From an uncultured Candidatus Binatia bacterium (GTDB lineage Bacteria > Desulfobacterota > Binatia > UBA9968 > JAJDTQ01), in NCBI GenBank assembly GCA_965261895.1, contig OZ253480.1, forward strand, positions 549,560 to 613,559: a DNA stretch of 64,000 nucleotides. The letters run 5' to 3'. A model generated the notes under the pieces. It saw only the letters and a program-made list of their open reading frames with translations. It was not told where the DNA came from and did not search any database. Positions 10,101 through 18,863 of this stretch are shown here, piece after piece; within the stretch, counting starts at the first letter, position 1, and each line of letters starts with the position of its first letter. The position numbers and the translations under genes were made by a program.

Positions 10101-10222
10101 TCGGCGGGGATGTCGGGAAAGGTCTCCCGCTTGACGGTGCCGGTAAAGGCCAGCCCGACCATAAGAAACGCCAGCATCAGGAGGTTTGCGGCCGTGGGGT
10201 GGCCGGCGAAGAAACCGATCAT
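7130..10222 (-). CDS. RND efflux transporter permease (AcrB/CzcA superfamily)
   Basis: 1030 aa with 12-TM/large-loop architecture and conserved RND blocks (for example GVAQVHVQG and LIMDDAIVIAEN). Confidence 0.9.
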   Translation of the reverse strand: MIGFFAGHPTAANLLMLAFLMVGLAFTGTVKRETFPDIPADSVEVRVPFPGAAALDVEEAICLRIQDVADAIDNREETRCEAREGLAVATLVMREGGDIDRFLNDVKTEIDGIQDFPAAAEAPVVRQLGRRDFVASIAVAGPLRPEGLKAYAERMKDDLLAIPGVAQVHVQGFSQHQIRIEVPAPTMRQFGLSVGDLADAVAAQSLALPAGSVETRDTTVLIRFDDERRTPRALEGLVVVASESGAVIRLGDIATITDRFERDEDKSFFNGQRAAYLAVEKGRQDDTLDVIDALRAYLAVERGRAPPDMVFEITRDVASIVRDRLTMLLRNGIQGLGLVFLVMWMFFGLRYSFWVAAGLPVAFMGTIAGMAAIGYSFDMITMVALLIAVGLIMDDAIVIAENIARQRRAGHTALEAAVEGTKEVAPGVLASFLTTVAVFGALAFLRGEIGAVMKVLPVILILTLSFSLVEAFLILPHHLMGALRTAGGPARPGLRTRFDNGLERFTETWVGRLVDAAVSWRYLTVGLIASLLLGSVAVMAGGVLKFRAFPDIEGNVIEARLLLSQGTPLARTEAVVAQVVAAIRAVDQELARGNLVRNVGIQFNRNQDAHESGEHLATVIVDLVDSESREVSLDDVMGRWRAEVGALPDVISLTFGEPQIGPGGKPIDIRLMGEDVGALKAASTDLLEWLRGYRGVFDLSDDLRLGKPEMRVRLREGALVLGLTASRVARQLRAAFHGRNAGEFQVGAEDYEIDIRLSGRDRDSLADLARFAVTLPTGEQVPLYTVATLDSDRGYSRIHRIDGRRAVTIQGDLDSELANAGEIIADTRARFLPELLARYPGLSVELEGQTRELAASGASLQRNFLIGLGAIFLLLSFQFRSYIEPLVVMAAIPVGLVGVVIGHVAMGLELSMPSMVGFVSLAGVVVNNAIVLVAFIKIHRRGGEPAAVAACRAARQRFRAILLTSLTTVAGVLPLLTETSLQAQVLVPLVTSLAFGLAAATFQVLFLVPALYAILDDFGLTENVNVEQEP

Positions 10223-11589
10223 GGGACTTTCACTGCGGGCGTCGCCCCGCCGGCCTCGACCACCAGGTTCGCCTCCGCCGCCCGGTCCGCCACCGCTGCC
10301 AGACGCATGCCCTCGACGGCGAACGGCAAGTCCGAGATCACCACGCGCTCACCCGGCGCCAGCCCGGACCGCAGGACCACGAAGTTGGTCTGCACGAAGT
10401 CCACCTGGACTTCGCGAAAGTGCAGCCGTTCGTCAGAACCGGCCACGTAGACCTGGCTGCCCCGGAGGGCGGCTCGGGGAATCACCACCGCTCCGAGCCG
10501 GGGCGGTCCCCGAAGCTCGACCTCGACATACATGTTCTTGACCAGGGGAGGCCGCTGGCCTGCCGCCACCCGCCGATACGGCTGGTCCACGGCAACGATC
10601 ACGCCCGCGGTGCGGGTCCGTGGGTCCACGGTATCGCTCATCCGCGAGAAGCGGGCCGGCCATTCGATGCTGACGTCGCCGGTGCGCAGGCGCACGATGG
10701 CCTGGATGTCGACGATCTCGCTCAGACGCGGCATGACCGCACCAGGGTCCTGGGGCAGCTCGAAACCCGGCGGCAACAGCGTGAGCGCCCTGCCGATGGG
10801 AACCTGGGCGATGACCTCGGCAACGTCCAGGCTGTCCGCCTCCACCAGGATCTGACCCTTGGCGGCAAACTGGGCCAGCTCCACGTTCACCGCGGCAATG
10901 CGGCAGGTGAACGGCGCGGCGATGGTGGTACGGCTCAGGTTCCTCCGTGCCGTCTCCAACTGGGCGCGAAGCTGATCTCGCGCGGCCTCCTGCACCGCGC
11001 GCTCGGCGGGTAGCAGCGTGGCGGCGTTCCGCAGGTTCTGCACCACCTGCTCGCCGGCCAGCACCGAGCGCTCTTCCCGGTCCGCGTCGGACTGGGAGAC
11101 GGCACCGCGCTGCAGCAGCTCCCGGGTACGTTCAAGCTGCGTGCGGCCAAGGGCGACACTGCGTTCCTCGATGGCCAGCGATCGTCGGGTATTGACCGCG
11201 CGCGCCTCCAGCACCGCGATCTGGGCTTCCACCGCGCGAATGTTGGCTTCGATCTGGGCCACCGCGAGACGGTAGTCGGCCGGGTCGATACGCAACAGCT
11301 CCGTCCCCGCCGGGAGGATGGCGCCCCGCTGCAGCTCGGGGTGCCGGAAGATCACCGTACCGCTCACCTCCGCCACCGCCTCCCAGACCTTCCCCGGCTT
11401 GACGTTGCCGTAGCCCAGGGCCCGGGGCACGGCATCCACCGCCGCCGCCGGCACCGTGCGCACGGACGTCGTCCGTTCCTCGGGCGGGATGCGCTGGGGA
11501 CCCTGCCGAGCGTTCACCGCCCACAGCACCGCCGCCACGCCGAGGGCGATGGGCACCCAGATAAGAAGCTTCTTGCCGCGACCGGCCAT
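10219..11589 (-). CDS. RND efflux periplasmic adaptor (membrane fusion protein, HlyD family)
   Basis: 456 aa with N-terminal TM, coiled-coil hairpin region and beta-barrel signature. Overlaps the pump start by 4 nt. Confidence 0.85.
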   Translation of the reverse strand: MAGRGKKLLIWVPIALGVAAVLWAVNARQGPQRIPPEERTTSVRTVPAAAVDAVPRALGYGNVKPGKVWEAVAEVSGTVIFRHPELQRGAILPAGTELLRIDPADYRLAVAQIEANIRAVEAQIAVLEARAVNTRRSLAIEERSVALGRTQLERTRELLQRGAVSQSDADREERSVLAGEQVVQNLRNAATLLPAERAVQEAARDQLRAQLETARRNLSRTTIAAPFTCRIAAVNVELAQFAAKGQILVEADSLDVAEVIAQVPIGRALTLLPPGFELPQDPGAVMPRLSEIVDIQAIVRLRTGDVSIEWPARFSRMSDTVDPRTRTAGVIVAVDQPYRRVAAGQRPPLVKNMYVEVELRGPPRLGAVVIPRAALRGSQVYVAGSDERLHFREVQVDFVQTNFVVLRSGLAPGERVVISDLPFAVEGMRLAAVADRAAEANLVVEAGGATPAVKVP

Positions 11590-11640
11590 GCATCACCCCG
11601 CCTTGCGCTCTAACGGCCGGTATCGGCCAACAGCATGATC

Positions 11641-11880
11641 CGCACACGGGCGGGTTTGAAACCCGCCCCTACATCGGATGTCCGGTTCCCGCGACACAGA
11701 CTCCCAGGGACATTCTGATCAATTGCCGCGTCCGGGCGTGGTCGCACACGGGCGGGTTTGAAACCCGCCCCTACATCGGATGTCCGGTTCCCGCGGCACC
11801 GACTCCCAGGGACATTCTGATCAATTGCCGCGTCCGAGCGTGGCTGCTGTAGGGGCGGGTTTCAAACCCGCCCGTGCCCG
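11641..11880. repeat. Tandem 2 x 102-bp duplication carrying family-A hairpins, plus an inverted third hairpin
   Basis: Units at 11641-11742 and 11743-11844 are near identical. Each begins cgcacacGGGCGGGTTTGAAACCCGCCCctacatcggatgtccggttcccgcg. An inverted A copy follows at 11853-11873, then the hairpin gcatcgccgg/ccggcgatgc. Confidence 0.85.
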
Positions 11881-11954
11881 TTGTCGCGCCGCATCGCCGG
11901 CTGTAAACACCGGCGATGCGAAGCCGGACGGTGGCAAACAATCAGCGTGTCCCC

Positions 11955-12236
11955 CTAGATGGGCCCCAAGGGCCAAGGCAGATCGTCGATGGCATGTTGC
12001 AACAGACCCTCCGGAAGGTCCAACGTCATCTGCCAGGACAGGAACATCAGCATCAGGTCCGCCAGGACCGTCAGCAACGCCACCTGGGTCCAGCCCACCT
12101 TGGCTTCCCGCCGCAGGAACGCGATGAAGAACAGGTTGAGGGAGATGAAAAACCCGGTCAGGGCGGTTCTTACGCCACGGGAGGCGTGGTCTACATCAGC
12201 CCGAAGCTCGGGGCGCAGGTGGAGAAACCACAGCAC
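11955..12236 (-). CDS. Small hypothetical membrane protein (2 predicted TM helices)
   Basis: 93 aa, GTG start, strong G/C bias at third codon positions, two hydrophobic helices. No family recognised. Confidence 0.35.
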   Translation of the reverse strand: MLWFLHLRPELRADVDHASRGVRTALTGFFISLNLFFIAFLRREAKVGWTQVALLTVLADLMLMFLSWQMTLDLPEGLLQHAIDDLPWPLGPI

Positions 12237-12404
12237 CCGGTGCAGTTTGACCGATCACCGTGGCAATCACAACCGTTCGCCAGAATAGACCGGAGCGCGG
12301 CACGCTTTCTCCTGTCCGGACCCCGCTCCGCGCCGGTCAGGGTGGACACCGGCGATGAAAAGCTGCTAGCACGAGGGAATCTCGCAAGTGCCCGGAGGAC
12401 GTAG

Positions 12405-13466
12405 ATGCCGTTACTGATCGACAACCAAATCGCCGAACAGGCGCTCAACATGACCGACGCCATCAACGCCATGGAGAGCGCATTGATGCAACTCGCGGAG
12501 GGCGACGCCACGTACCAGCCCCGGACGGACCTCTGGTCTCCCACCGCCACCGTCGGCGACTATTTTCGTTGGGGCTCGCTGCTGGGCGCCATCAAGGACC
12601 CGCCGATCCTGGCGTTCCGCTTCAAGCTGGACATCATGACCTGGCAGGAATACAGCGGCGCGGTCACCGAGCACTGGTTCAACGTCGAGCCGGGCAAGTA
12701 CTGCGGCATCATCCTGCTGGTGGACACGCGCACCGGCGAGCTCTTGTGCATCATGAACGACGGCTATCTTCAGAGCTACCGCGTGGGCGCCACCGCCGGG
12801 GTCGGAGTGAAGCACCTCTCCCGCGCCGACTCCAAGGTCATGGGGGTTCTGGGTTCCGGAGCCATGGCCCGCACCTACGCCATGGCCGCGTGCGCCGTCC
12901 GCCCCATCGAGCACATCAAGATCTTCAGCCCCACGCCGGCCCATCGGGACGCCTACGCCAAGGAGATGGCCGAGACCCTCAAGGTGCGGGTCACCGCCGT
13001 GAACTCGGCCAGGGAAGCCATGAGCGGCGCCGACGTCGGCGCCACCTGCACGGACTCGCGTATCCCCCTGTTCCAGTCCGACTGGTTGCAGACGGGCATG
13101 CACGTGGTGGACGTGCGTCCGGAAGAGATGGAGGGCGAGACCTACGAGAAGGCGGACGTGGTCATCGGCACCTCCAACCTGGCGGTCCTGAACTATGCCC
13201 TGGGCACTCAGGAAGAACGCGACCGGCGTCCCTTCGATGACAACTACCGCCGGCGCTACACGAACCGGAACCACACCACCCTGTCCGAGGTGCTGGCCGG
13301 CGAGAAGCCCGGCCGGGAGAACGACGCGCAGACCACCTTGCACCACAACTTCTCCGCCGCCATCCAGTTCGCCGCGGTCGGCTACCTCGTCTACCGCTAC
13401 GCCAAGGACAACGGCCTGGGCCGCGACCTGCCGCTGGAGTGGTTCCAGCAGGACATCCGCAACTAG
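12405..13466 (+). CDS. Ornithine cyclodeaminase / mu-crystallin family protein
   Basis: 353 aa with Rossmann GVLGSGAMA motif. GGAGGA SD before ATG. Confidence 0.8.
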   Translation: MPLLIDNQIAEQALNMTDAINAMESALMQLAEGDATYQPRTDLWSPTATVGDYFRWGSLLGAIKDPPILAFRFKLDIMTWQEYSGAVTEHWFNVEPGKYCGIILLVDTRTGELLCIMNDGYLQSYRVGATAGVGVKHLSRADSKVMGVLGSGAMARTYAMAACAVRPIEHIKIFSPTPAHRDAYAKEMAETLKVRVTAVNSAREAMSGADVGATCTDSRIPLFQSDWLQTGMHVVDVRPEEMEGETYEKADVVIGTSNLAVLNYALGTQEERDRRPFDDNYRRRYTNRNHTTLSEVLAGEKPGRENDAQTTLHHNFSAAIQFAAVGYLVYRYAKDNGLGRDLPLEWFQQDIRN

Positions 13467-13525
13467 TGTCGCGTTTTCATACTGCGATGACTTATTGCGG
13501 AGGTCCGTTTTACCGCCCTCCGGCT

Positions 13526-13662
13526 CCCTCTCCCTCTGGGAGAGGGTTGGGGTGAGGGTGCCCCGGTCCAAGCAGCCCGTTGCCAACGGCAACAAAAAGA
13601 GGGGCAGGACTATTGTGGCGCCCTCACCCGGCCTTCGGCCACCCTCTCCCAGAGGGAGAGGG
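13526..13662. repeat. Family-C inverted-repeat element (MITE-like)
   Basis: Left CCCTCTCCCTCTGGGAGAGGGttggGGTGAGGGtg and right gCCCTCACCCggccttcggccaCCCTCTCCCAGAGGGAGAGGG flank a ~52-bp core. Confidence 0.75.
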
Positions 13663-13742
13663 TTTCTGCTCGGTTCGGAACGCAACGCTGGCGATTCCCA
13701 TGTTACGAGCCTCTCCAGGGCTGAGGGAGTGATCCTGCGCTC

Positions 13743-14624
13743 ATGACGCTGCTGCCCCAGGCCATCGGTCTGCTGACGGCGTGGACCTACGGCATCAGCA
13801 TCATCTCGGCGCGCCGGGGCCTGCAGTACTCCAACGCCAGTACCGTCACCCTGCTCTCCCTGATCTCGCAGACCGTGATCCTGTGGACCATGGTTGGCAT
13901 CTTCACGGGCATCCCGACCGTGGACAGGACCTTCCTGTGGGCGGCGATAGCGGTGGGATTCCTGATGCCCGTGCTGCGTTGGCTCACCTATACGGGCATC
14001 GCGAAGATCGGCGCGGCCCGGGGCACGGCGCTGCGCTCCACCCATCCGCTCTTCAGCGCGCTGCTGGCGCTTACGTTCCTGGGCGAGACCGCCACCGCCT
14101 CCGTACTGACGGGAATCTTCCTGGTCGTGACGGGCATCACCCTCATCTCCTGGCGCGAGGAGGAAAGACGCGCCTCCGCGCGCTGGTGGCACGGCGCTTA
14201 TTCGCTCTCCGGAGCCGTCACCGCGGCCGCGGTGCACAACATCGCCCGCTTCTCGCTGAAGTCGACCGGCCAGCCCATCCTGTTCGCAGCCATCGTCGGG
14301 GTGGTCTCGCTGGTAACCTTCGCGGGCTATCTGGCCTTGGCGGGCGCCCCCAACCGGCCCGTGTGGAACCGGCAGGCCATGGGGCCGTTCCTGACGGCCG
14401 CGGTGCTGGAGAACATGGGATTCCTCCTGTTCAACACGGCCCTCAGCGTGGGGCCGGTGGTGCTCGTGACCCCCATGGTCGCCACCCAGCCCATGTGGGT
14501 GCTGGTCTTCACGGTGGTATTCCTTCGCAGCATCGAGATGGTGACGCTACGGACCGTGAGCGGCAGTGTCGCGGTGGTGGCCGGGACGGTGGCCATCACC
14601 CTGGGGGGAGGGGCATGGAAGTGA
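13743..14624 (+). CDS. DMT-superfamily (EamA-like) membrane transporter
   Basis: 293 aa with two EamA-like 5-TM halves. Confidence 0.7.
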   Translation: MTLLPQAIGLLTAWTYGISIISARRGLQYSNASTVTLLSLISQTVILWTMVGIFTGIPTVDRTFLWAAIAVGFLMPVLRWLTYTGIAKIGAARGTALRSTHPLFSALLALTFLGETATASVLTGIFLVVTGITLISWREEERRASARWWHGAYSLSGAVTAAAVHNIARFSLKSTGQPILFAAIVGVVSLVTFAGYLALAGAPNRPVWNRQAMGPFLTAAVLENMGFLLFNTALSVGPVVLVTPMVATQPMWVLVFTVVFLRSIEMVTLRTVSGSVAVVAGTVAITLGGGAWK

Positions 14625-14676
14625 GCCCCGGCGCTTCTATCCGCCTTCCGGCCCATGGAAGGGCTCTCTGACCGTG

Positions 14677-15912
14677 ACCCCGACCGCCTGGCTCGGACCG
14701 CGCGTGCTGCGCAACTTTCTCCTGTTGTACGGGAGCTCCCTGTTCTCGGGACTCGCCTGGGGCATGGTGCTGCCCACCATCCCGGTATTGGCCGGATACT
14801 TCGATATCTCCATGGGCGCCGCGGCCCAGACGGTCACGGCCTGGGCCACTGGCCGCTTCTGCGGCACCCCGGTGAGCGGCATCATGCTCGACCGGGTCGG
14901 GCCGCGGGTGATGATGGTCGGAGGCGCCGCTGTCACCGGGGTGGCCGCCATCGCCGCATTCCTGAGCCCCGCCTTCTCCGGATTGCTGGCCGCGCTGTTC
15001 GTCATCGGCGCGGCCGACGCAGTGTGGGCCATGGGGCGGGAGGTAACCGGCATCGACCTGACCGCCCAGAACCAGCGCGGTCGGGTCATGAGCGGCTTTC
15101 ACGGCGTGCACCACAGCGGAGTTACCCTCGGGCCACTGGTGGGCGGCTTCCTCACCGTGGCCGCGGGCTTCCGCACCGTATTCCTCGCCGGCGCCCTCGT
15201 CTCCGTGCTCGCCACCCTGTGCGGTCTGGCGGTGGACAAGCCGGCGGGCAGCGGCGCGACGCCGCGGACTCCCGCGAGGGCTGCGTCCAGGGGCTTCGGG
15301 CCGCGCCACTGGGTCGGACGCATCGTCGCCCTCTACCGCGAGGTGGAGCCGTCGCTGCGCCCGACCTACGCGGTCCTGGTCGTCGCCACCGGCGCCAGCC
15401 TGATGTTCCGGCTCACGCTCCAGAGCATGCTGCCGCTCTACGCCGGCGCGTACCTGGGCTTCACTCCCGTACAGGTGGGCGCGCTCTTCTCCATCTCCGG
15501 CGTGGTGGTCTTCTTCATGATCGTGCCCGCGGGCTTCGTGCTCGACAAGGTGGGCAGGAAATGGGCGACGGTCCCCAGCACCGTGATCCCGGCCGTGATC
15601 TTCCTGACCATCCCGCTGGCCGACACCTTCCTGCAATTGGCAGTGCTGCTATCGGTCCTCGGGATCGCCAACGGCCTCTCCTTGGGCTGCCTTGCCACTT
15701 CCACCTACGACGTAGCGCCGCAACACGTCCGCGGCCGCCTTCAGGCCATGCGCCGAACCCTCGCCGACCTGGCGGGTCTGGGCGCACCCCTGGCCGGAGG
15801 CATGCTCGCCAACGCGTTCCACCCCGGAGTCCCGTTTATCGCCCTGACCCCGATACTGTGGCTGTCGGCGATCCTGCTGGCCTTCGTGGGCAAGGAGACG
15901 CTGGAGCGTTAG
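14677..15912 (+). CDS. MFS transporter
   Basis: 12-TM MFS pattern. Start proposed at GTG 14677 with GGAAGGG SD; the raw ORF begins at 14566 and would overlap eamA by 59 nt. Confidence 0.7.
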   Translation, partial: TPTAWLGPRVLRNFLLLYGSSLFSGLAWGMVLPTIPVLAGYFDISMGAAAQTVTAWATGRFCGTPVSGIMLDRVGPRVMMVGGAAVTGVAAIAAFLSPAFSGLLAALFVIGAADAVWAMGREVTGIDLTAQNQRGRVMSGFHGVHHSGVTLGPLVGGFLTVAAGFRTVFLAGALVSVLATLCGLAVDKPAGSGATPRTPARAASRGFGPRHWVGRIVALYREVEPSLRPTYAVLVVATGASLMFRLTLQSMLPLYAGAYLGFTPVQVGALFSISGVVVFFMIVPAGFVLDKVGRKWATVPSTVIPAVIFLTIPLADTFLQLAVLLSVLGIANGLSLGCLATSTYDVAPQHVRGRLQAMRRTLADLAGLGAPLAGGMLANAFHPGVPFIALTPILWLSAILLAFVGKETLER

Positions 15913-16015
15913 TCAGGCGCTCTCGGGCGTCCCGCGGCATTCAAGGGCCTCACGGGATCGGAAAAAATGGTTCAACTGAGGGCGAAGCCCCTGGACCGCC
16001 CGTATTCCGGTTCGG

Positions 16016-16321
16016 TCAACTCCCGCTTTCCTCAAGGAAGGCATCATCCATATCCTGCTGGCCCAAAATACGGATGATCACGATTTCATCGGGGTCCACC
16101 CGGTAGTAGATCGAGTGGGATTGATAGACGCTACGGCGCAAACCGTCCCGGACATGCCCCACAGCCGGATAACGCAATGGCCTGTCCGCGAGTTGGCCGA
16201 AGCGTTCGACTATGCCGCGCTGGTAGTCCTGCGCTTGCTGCAGGCCAAATTTGTCGATGCCGAAATCGAAGATGCTGTCGAAGTCTTTGTCTGCGGCCTT
16301 GGTGAGCCTATAACTCCCCAT
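16016..16321 (-). CDS. parE: Type II toxin ParE/RelE family
   Basis: 101 aa. ...YRLTKAADKDFDSIFDFGIDKFGLQQAQDY... has ParE character. Overlaps the upstream antitoxin gene by 14 nt. Confidence 0.75.
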   Translation of the reverse strand: MGSYRLTKAADKDFDSIFDFGIDKFGLQQAQDYQRGIVERFGQLADRPLRYPAVGHVRDGLRRSVYQSHSIYYRVDPDEIVIIRILGQQDMDDAFLEESGS

Positions 16322-16565
16322 TCCGACGTTTTCTTTCGATCACCGCCTGCATGATGTCCTCCGGCATACGATCGCTCATGCCGCTCTCCTCGCCCTCGAT
16401 CAACGCGGCACGAATGGCCTTGATGCGGGTCTGCCGCTCTTCATCGCGCCGGATTAAATCACGGACGTACTCGCTGGCGTTACCGAAGTCTCCGGACCTG
16501 ATGCGCTCTTTGATCCAGGCTTCGTTTTTATGGGTAAGGCTGATGGTCTTCGGGAAGGTCGCCAC
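16308..16565 (-). CDS. parD: Type II antitoxin ParD family (RHH)
   Basis: 85 aa. SEYVRDLIRRDEERQ is typical of ParD. GTG start with GGAGG SD. Confidence 0.75.
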   Translation of the reverse strand: MATFPKTISLTHKNEAWIKERIRSGDFGNASEYVRDLIRRDEERQTRIKAIRAALIEGEESGMSDRMPEDIMQAVIERKRRNGEL

Positions 16566-16582
16566 AAGAGCCTCCAGGGTTG

Positions 16583-16617
16583 TATGATAAAATCATATTA
16601 CTTATGATTTTATCATA
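16583..16617. promoter_or_regulatory. AT-rich inverted repeat (putative parDE operator/promoter)
   Basis: TATGATAAAATCATA-ttact-TATGATTTTATCATA lies immediately upstream of parD in otherwise GC-rich DNA. Confidence 0.45.
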
Positions 16618-16680
16618 GTCTTTTGGCCGTGCCACCCGCGGCCCGCCCGTAGCCCTGTAGCGGGCATACCCCCAAACGCT

Positions 16681-17451
16681 TTACGAGTTCTCCTCCAGGC
16701 CGGCAGCGTCATCCGGTTCCGGACCGGCCTCTTCCAGTTGGTCGCGGAACCGTTCGGTGGCGGCCCAGGCCTCCTCGAACTGGCGCCCGTCGATGCGGCC
16801 CCGCATCAGTTCCACCCGGAGCAGCAGGAAATAGGTCTGGATCACGTCCTGGCGGCAGTACTCGTGGATCTCCGCCAGCCGGCCCTCTTCCCAGAACCCC
16901 TGGACCATGGAGCCGTCGATATCGCCCTTGCCGCGCAGGCCGATGAGCTTGCACAGGAGATCGAAGCCGCCGCGAATGCGGTTGACGCCGTGGTTGCCGA
17001 CAAAATCGTAGAGGTCGTAGTGGCCCTCCTCCGAGTACCGGTATCGGTGCCCGAACCGCTGGTTGAAGTAGCGCGGCGCCTGGCAGCGGTACTTGAGGGC
17101 GTGCAGTTCCAGCACCGGGAGGTCGAAGTTGCGCCCGTTGAAAGACACCAGCGTGCCCTTGAACCGTTCCACCCGCTCCCAGAAATCACGGACGATGGCC
17201 TCCTCGCTGTAGTCGTTGGCGCCGAGCGTCTCGACGTTCACCAGGACCGCGTCGTTGTTCACAATGCCCACCGCAATGGAGATCGGGACGTGGAAAGAGA
17301 TGGGGAGAAAGTCGCTGCCGCTTTCCGCTACCCGCTCGGCGCGGAGCCGCTCATAGGCCTCCCGGTCGGAGATGTCCTCTTTCGGGGCGTAAACCGATTT
17401 GACCAGGCTCTTGTCTATGCGGGTCTCGATATCGAAGACGACATACATCAT
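16681..17451 (-). CDS. 3'-5' exonuclease, PolB-exonuclease-like (DnaQ fold) family
   Basis: MMYVVFDIETR is the ExoI motif, followed by FNGRNFDLPVLE and YCRQDV (ExoIII-like). Start proposed at ATG 17451. The raw ORF's N-terminal extension to 17757 is translation of repeat B2. Confidence 0.7.
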   Translation of the reverse strand: MMYVVFDIETRIDKSLVKSVYAPKEDISDREAYERLRAERVAESGSDFLPISFHVPISIAVGIVNNDAVLVNVETLGANDYSEEAIVRDFWERVERFKGTLVSFNGRNFDLPVLELHALKYRCQAPRYFNQRFGHRYRYSEEGHYDLYDFVGNHGVNRIRGGFDLLCKLIGLRGKGDIDGSMVQGFWEEGRLAEIHEYCRQDVIQTYFLLLRVELMRGRIDGRQFEEAWAATERFRDQLEEAGPEPDDAAGLEENS

Positions 17452-17490
17452 GGCGTGATCAAGGAAACCCTGACGATTGGCCGTCGTCCA

Positions 17491-17594
17491 CATGGCGTCC
17501 TTCGACTTCGCTCCGCTACGCTCAGGACGAACGGGAGAATGATCCCACAACCGTTCGTCCTGAGCGTAGCGGAGCGAAGTCGAAGGACGCCATG
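17491..17594. repeat. Family-B perfect palindrome (41-bp arms, 16-nt loop), copy B2
   Basis: catGGCGTCCTTCGACTTCGCTCCGCTACGCTCAGGACGAACGG gagaatgatcccacaa CCGTTCGTCCTGAGCGTAGCGGAGCGAAGTCGAAGGACGCCatg. Confidence 0.9.
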
Positions 17595-17638
17595 ACGATT
17601 GATCCGAGCCTCCTCTAAATGCGCGCGCACCCTCTGCC

Positions 17639-18685
17639 CTACTCGGGCCGCACCAGCAGCACCCGGTCCGCCGGCAGTTCCAGGGGCAGCCGCTCCCAGG
17701 ATTCACCTTCATCCTCGGAGACCAGTATGTCGCCCTTGCCTTTCTGGCTCGAATCACTGGAACGTCCGCGGGAGACCGCGCCCAGTCCGGCGTAGACGCG
17801 TTTGGGATCGTCGGGGCGTTGAGTCAGTGCCCACACCATCTGCTGCATGTCGTCGGGAAGCCCCCTGCCCACGCCCACCCGCTCCCAGCTCGCCGCCAGG
17901 TCACGGCTGCGGAAGACCGCCCCCTGGGCCCGCTCGGGCCGGTCCCAGAAACCCGGAGACTTGTCCGCGGTGGCCACCAGCACCACCGGCGGCTTCCCGG
18001 GCAGGAAGACGAAGTCGTGGAAGTAGTCCCGGGTCATGCCGCTTTCCGCCCGCTGCCAACCGGTGCCCGGGTCGTCGCTACGGAAGAAACCCCTGGCCGT
18101 GGCCACGAACATGGGGCCCGTTCCCCTGGGCGTGGTGCTGATGTGATGGATGTCGAGATAGTCGATGCCTTCGCTCACGTCCTCGAAGGAGGCGCCGCGG
18201 TCGAAGGTCCTGACGATGCCGCCGTGCTCCAGGCAGACGTAGATCATGCGGGAATCGTCGGGGGAGACGAAAATGTGCCGGACGTGTTCCCGGTGAGGTG
18301 GGCGCGGATAGGACCACTTGGCGCGCACCTCGGACGGCAGGTCCTGCAAGGCCGACAGCTCTTCCCAGCTCTCGCCGCCGTCCTCGCTCCGATGGAGATG
18401 AATCGGTTCCGTGCCGACGTAGACCACGTCCGGGTCGGCGGGGTCGATGGTCACGGCCCGGACGTTGCCGGAGAAAACGGTGCGCCAGCGCTGCCCGCCG
18501 TCGTCGCTGCGGCAGAGCCCTTCCCCGGCCACACTGGCGTAAATTGTCTCGGGCCTTTGCGCCGGTCCGTCGATGGCGTCCACCGTGGCGGAAGGGAGCT
18601 CCACGTCCAACTCCTCCCAGGCATGCCCCTTACCGCGCCACAATTGCAGGCCTTCCTGCGTTCCCGCCAGTATTCGTTCAGCCAT
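17639..18685 (-). CDS. BNR/Asp-box repeat (beta-propeller) protein
   Basis: Repeated SxDxGxxW motifs (SDDGGQRW, SEDGGESW, SEDEGESW). ATG at 18685 with GGGAGGAA SD. Confidence 0.6.
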   Translation of the reverse strand: MAERILAGTQEGLQLWRGKGHAWEELDVELPSATVDAIDGPAQRPETIYASVAGEGLCRSDDGGQRWRTVFSGNVRAVTIDPADPDVVYVGTEPIHLHRSEDGGESWEELSALQDLPSEVRAKWSYPRPPHREHVRHIFVSPDDSRMIYVCLEHGGIVRTFDRGASFEDVSEGIDYLDIHHISTTPRGTGPMFVATARGFFRSDDPGTGWQRAESGMTRDYFHDFVFLPGKPPVVLVATADKSPGFWDRPERAQGAVFRSRDLAASWERVGVGRGLPDDMQQMVWALTQRPDDPKRVYAGLGAVSRGRSSDSSQKGKGDILVSEDEGESWERLPLELPADRVLLVRPE

Positions 18686-18732
18686 GGCCGTTCCTCCCGG
18701 TCGCCGTATCGGACGGGCTGCTCGCACCGGGG

Positions 18733-18768
18733 GCACCCTCACCCCTACCCTCTCCCAGAGGGAGAGGG
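18733..18768. repeat. Family-C hairpin repeat
   Basis: gcaCCCTCACCCctaCCCTCTCCCAGAGGGAGAGGG. Confidence 0.75.
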
Positions 18769-18863
18769 GGTCGGAGGGGCTGCCCGCGTTGACTCTCGGC
18801 TTGAGTCATCGAAATATCGGAACGCAACGTCAGACCCTCGGTGACCGATCCCCCTTCGAGCCG

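Noticed and set aside
7107-10450. Long ORFs 7107..8699 (-), 7406..10450 (+), 54683..58033 (-), 12411..14237 (-) and similar.
   Set aside because: They are Arg/Gly/Pro/His-rich off-frame or antisense readings through real genes (the RND pump, the molybdopterin oxidoreductase, the cyclodeaminase). They are a known artefact of high-GC sequence and show no recognisable motifs.
11641-11880. Possible CRISPR array: repeated GGGCGGGTTTGAAACCCGCCC units near each other here and at 52994-53341.
   Set aside because: Spacing is 100-170 bp and the intervening sequences are themselves identical (tandem 102-bp units) or otherwise too long and irregular. There is no leader or cas genes, and copies are dispersed singly across the window. 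They behave like REP/BIME elements, not CRISPR repeats.
16681-17757. Full 358-aa ORF as the exonuclease gene.
   Set aside because: The first ~100 codons are the translation of the perfect palindrome B2 (SLRYAQDERLWDHSPVRPERSGAKSKDA). The conserved ExoI motif MMYVVFDIETR marks the real start near 17451.
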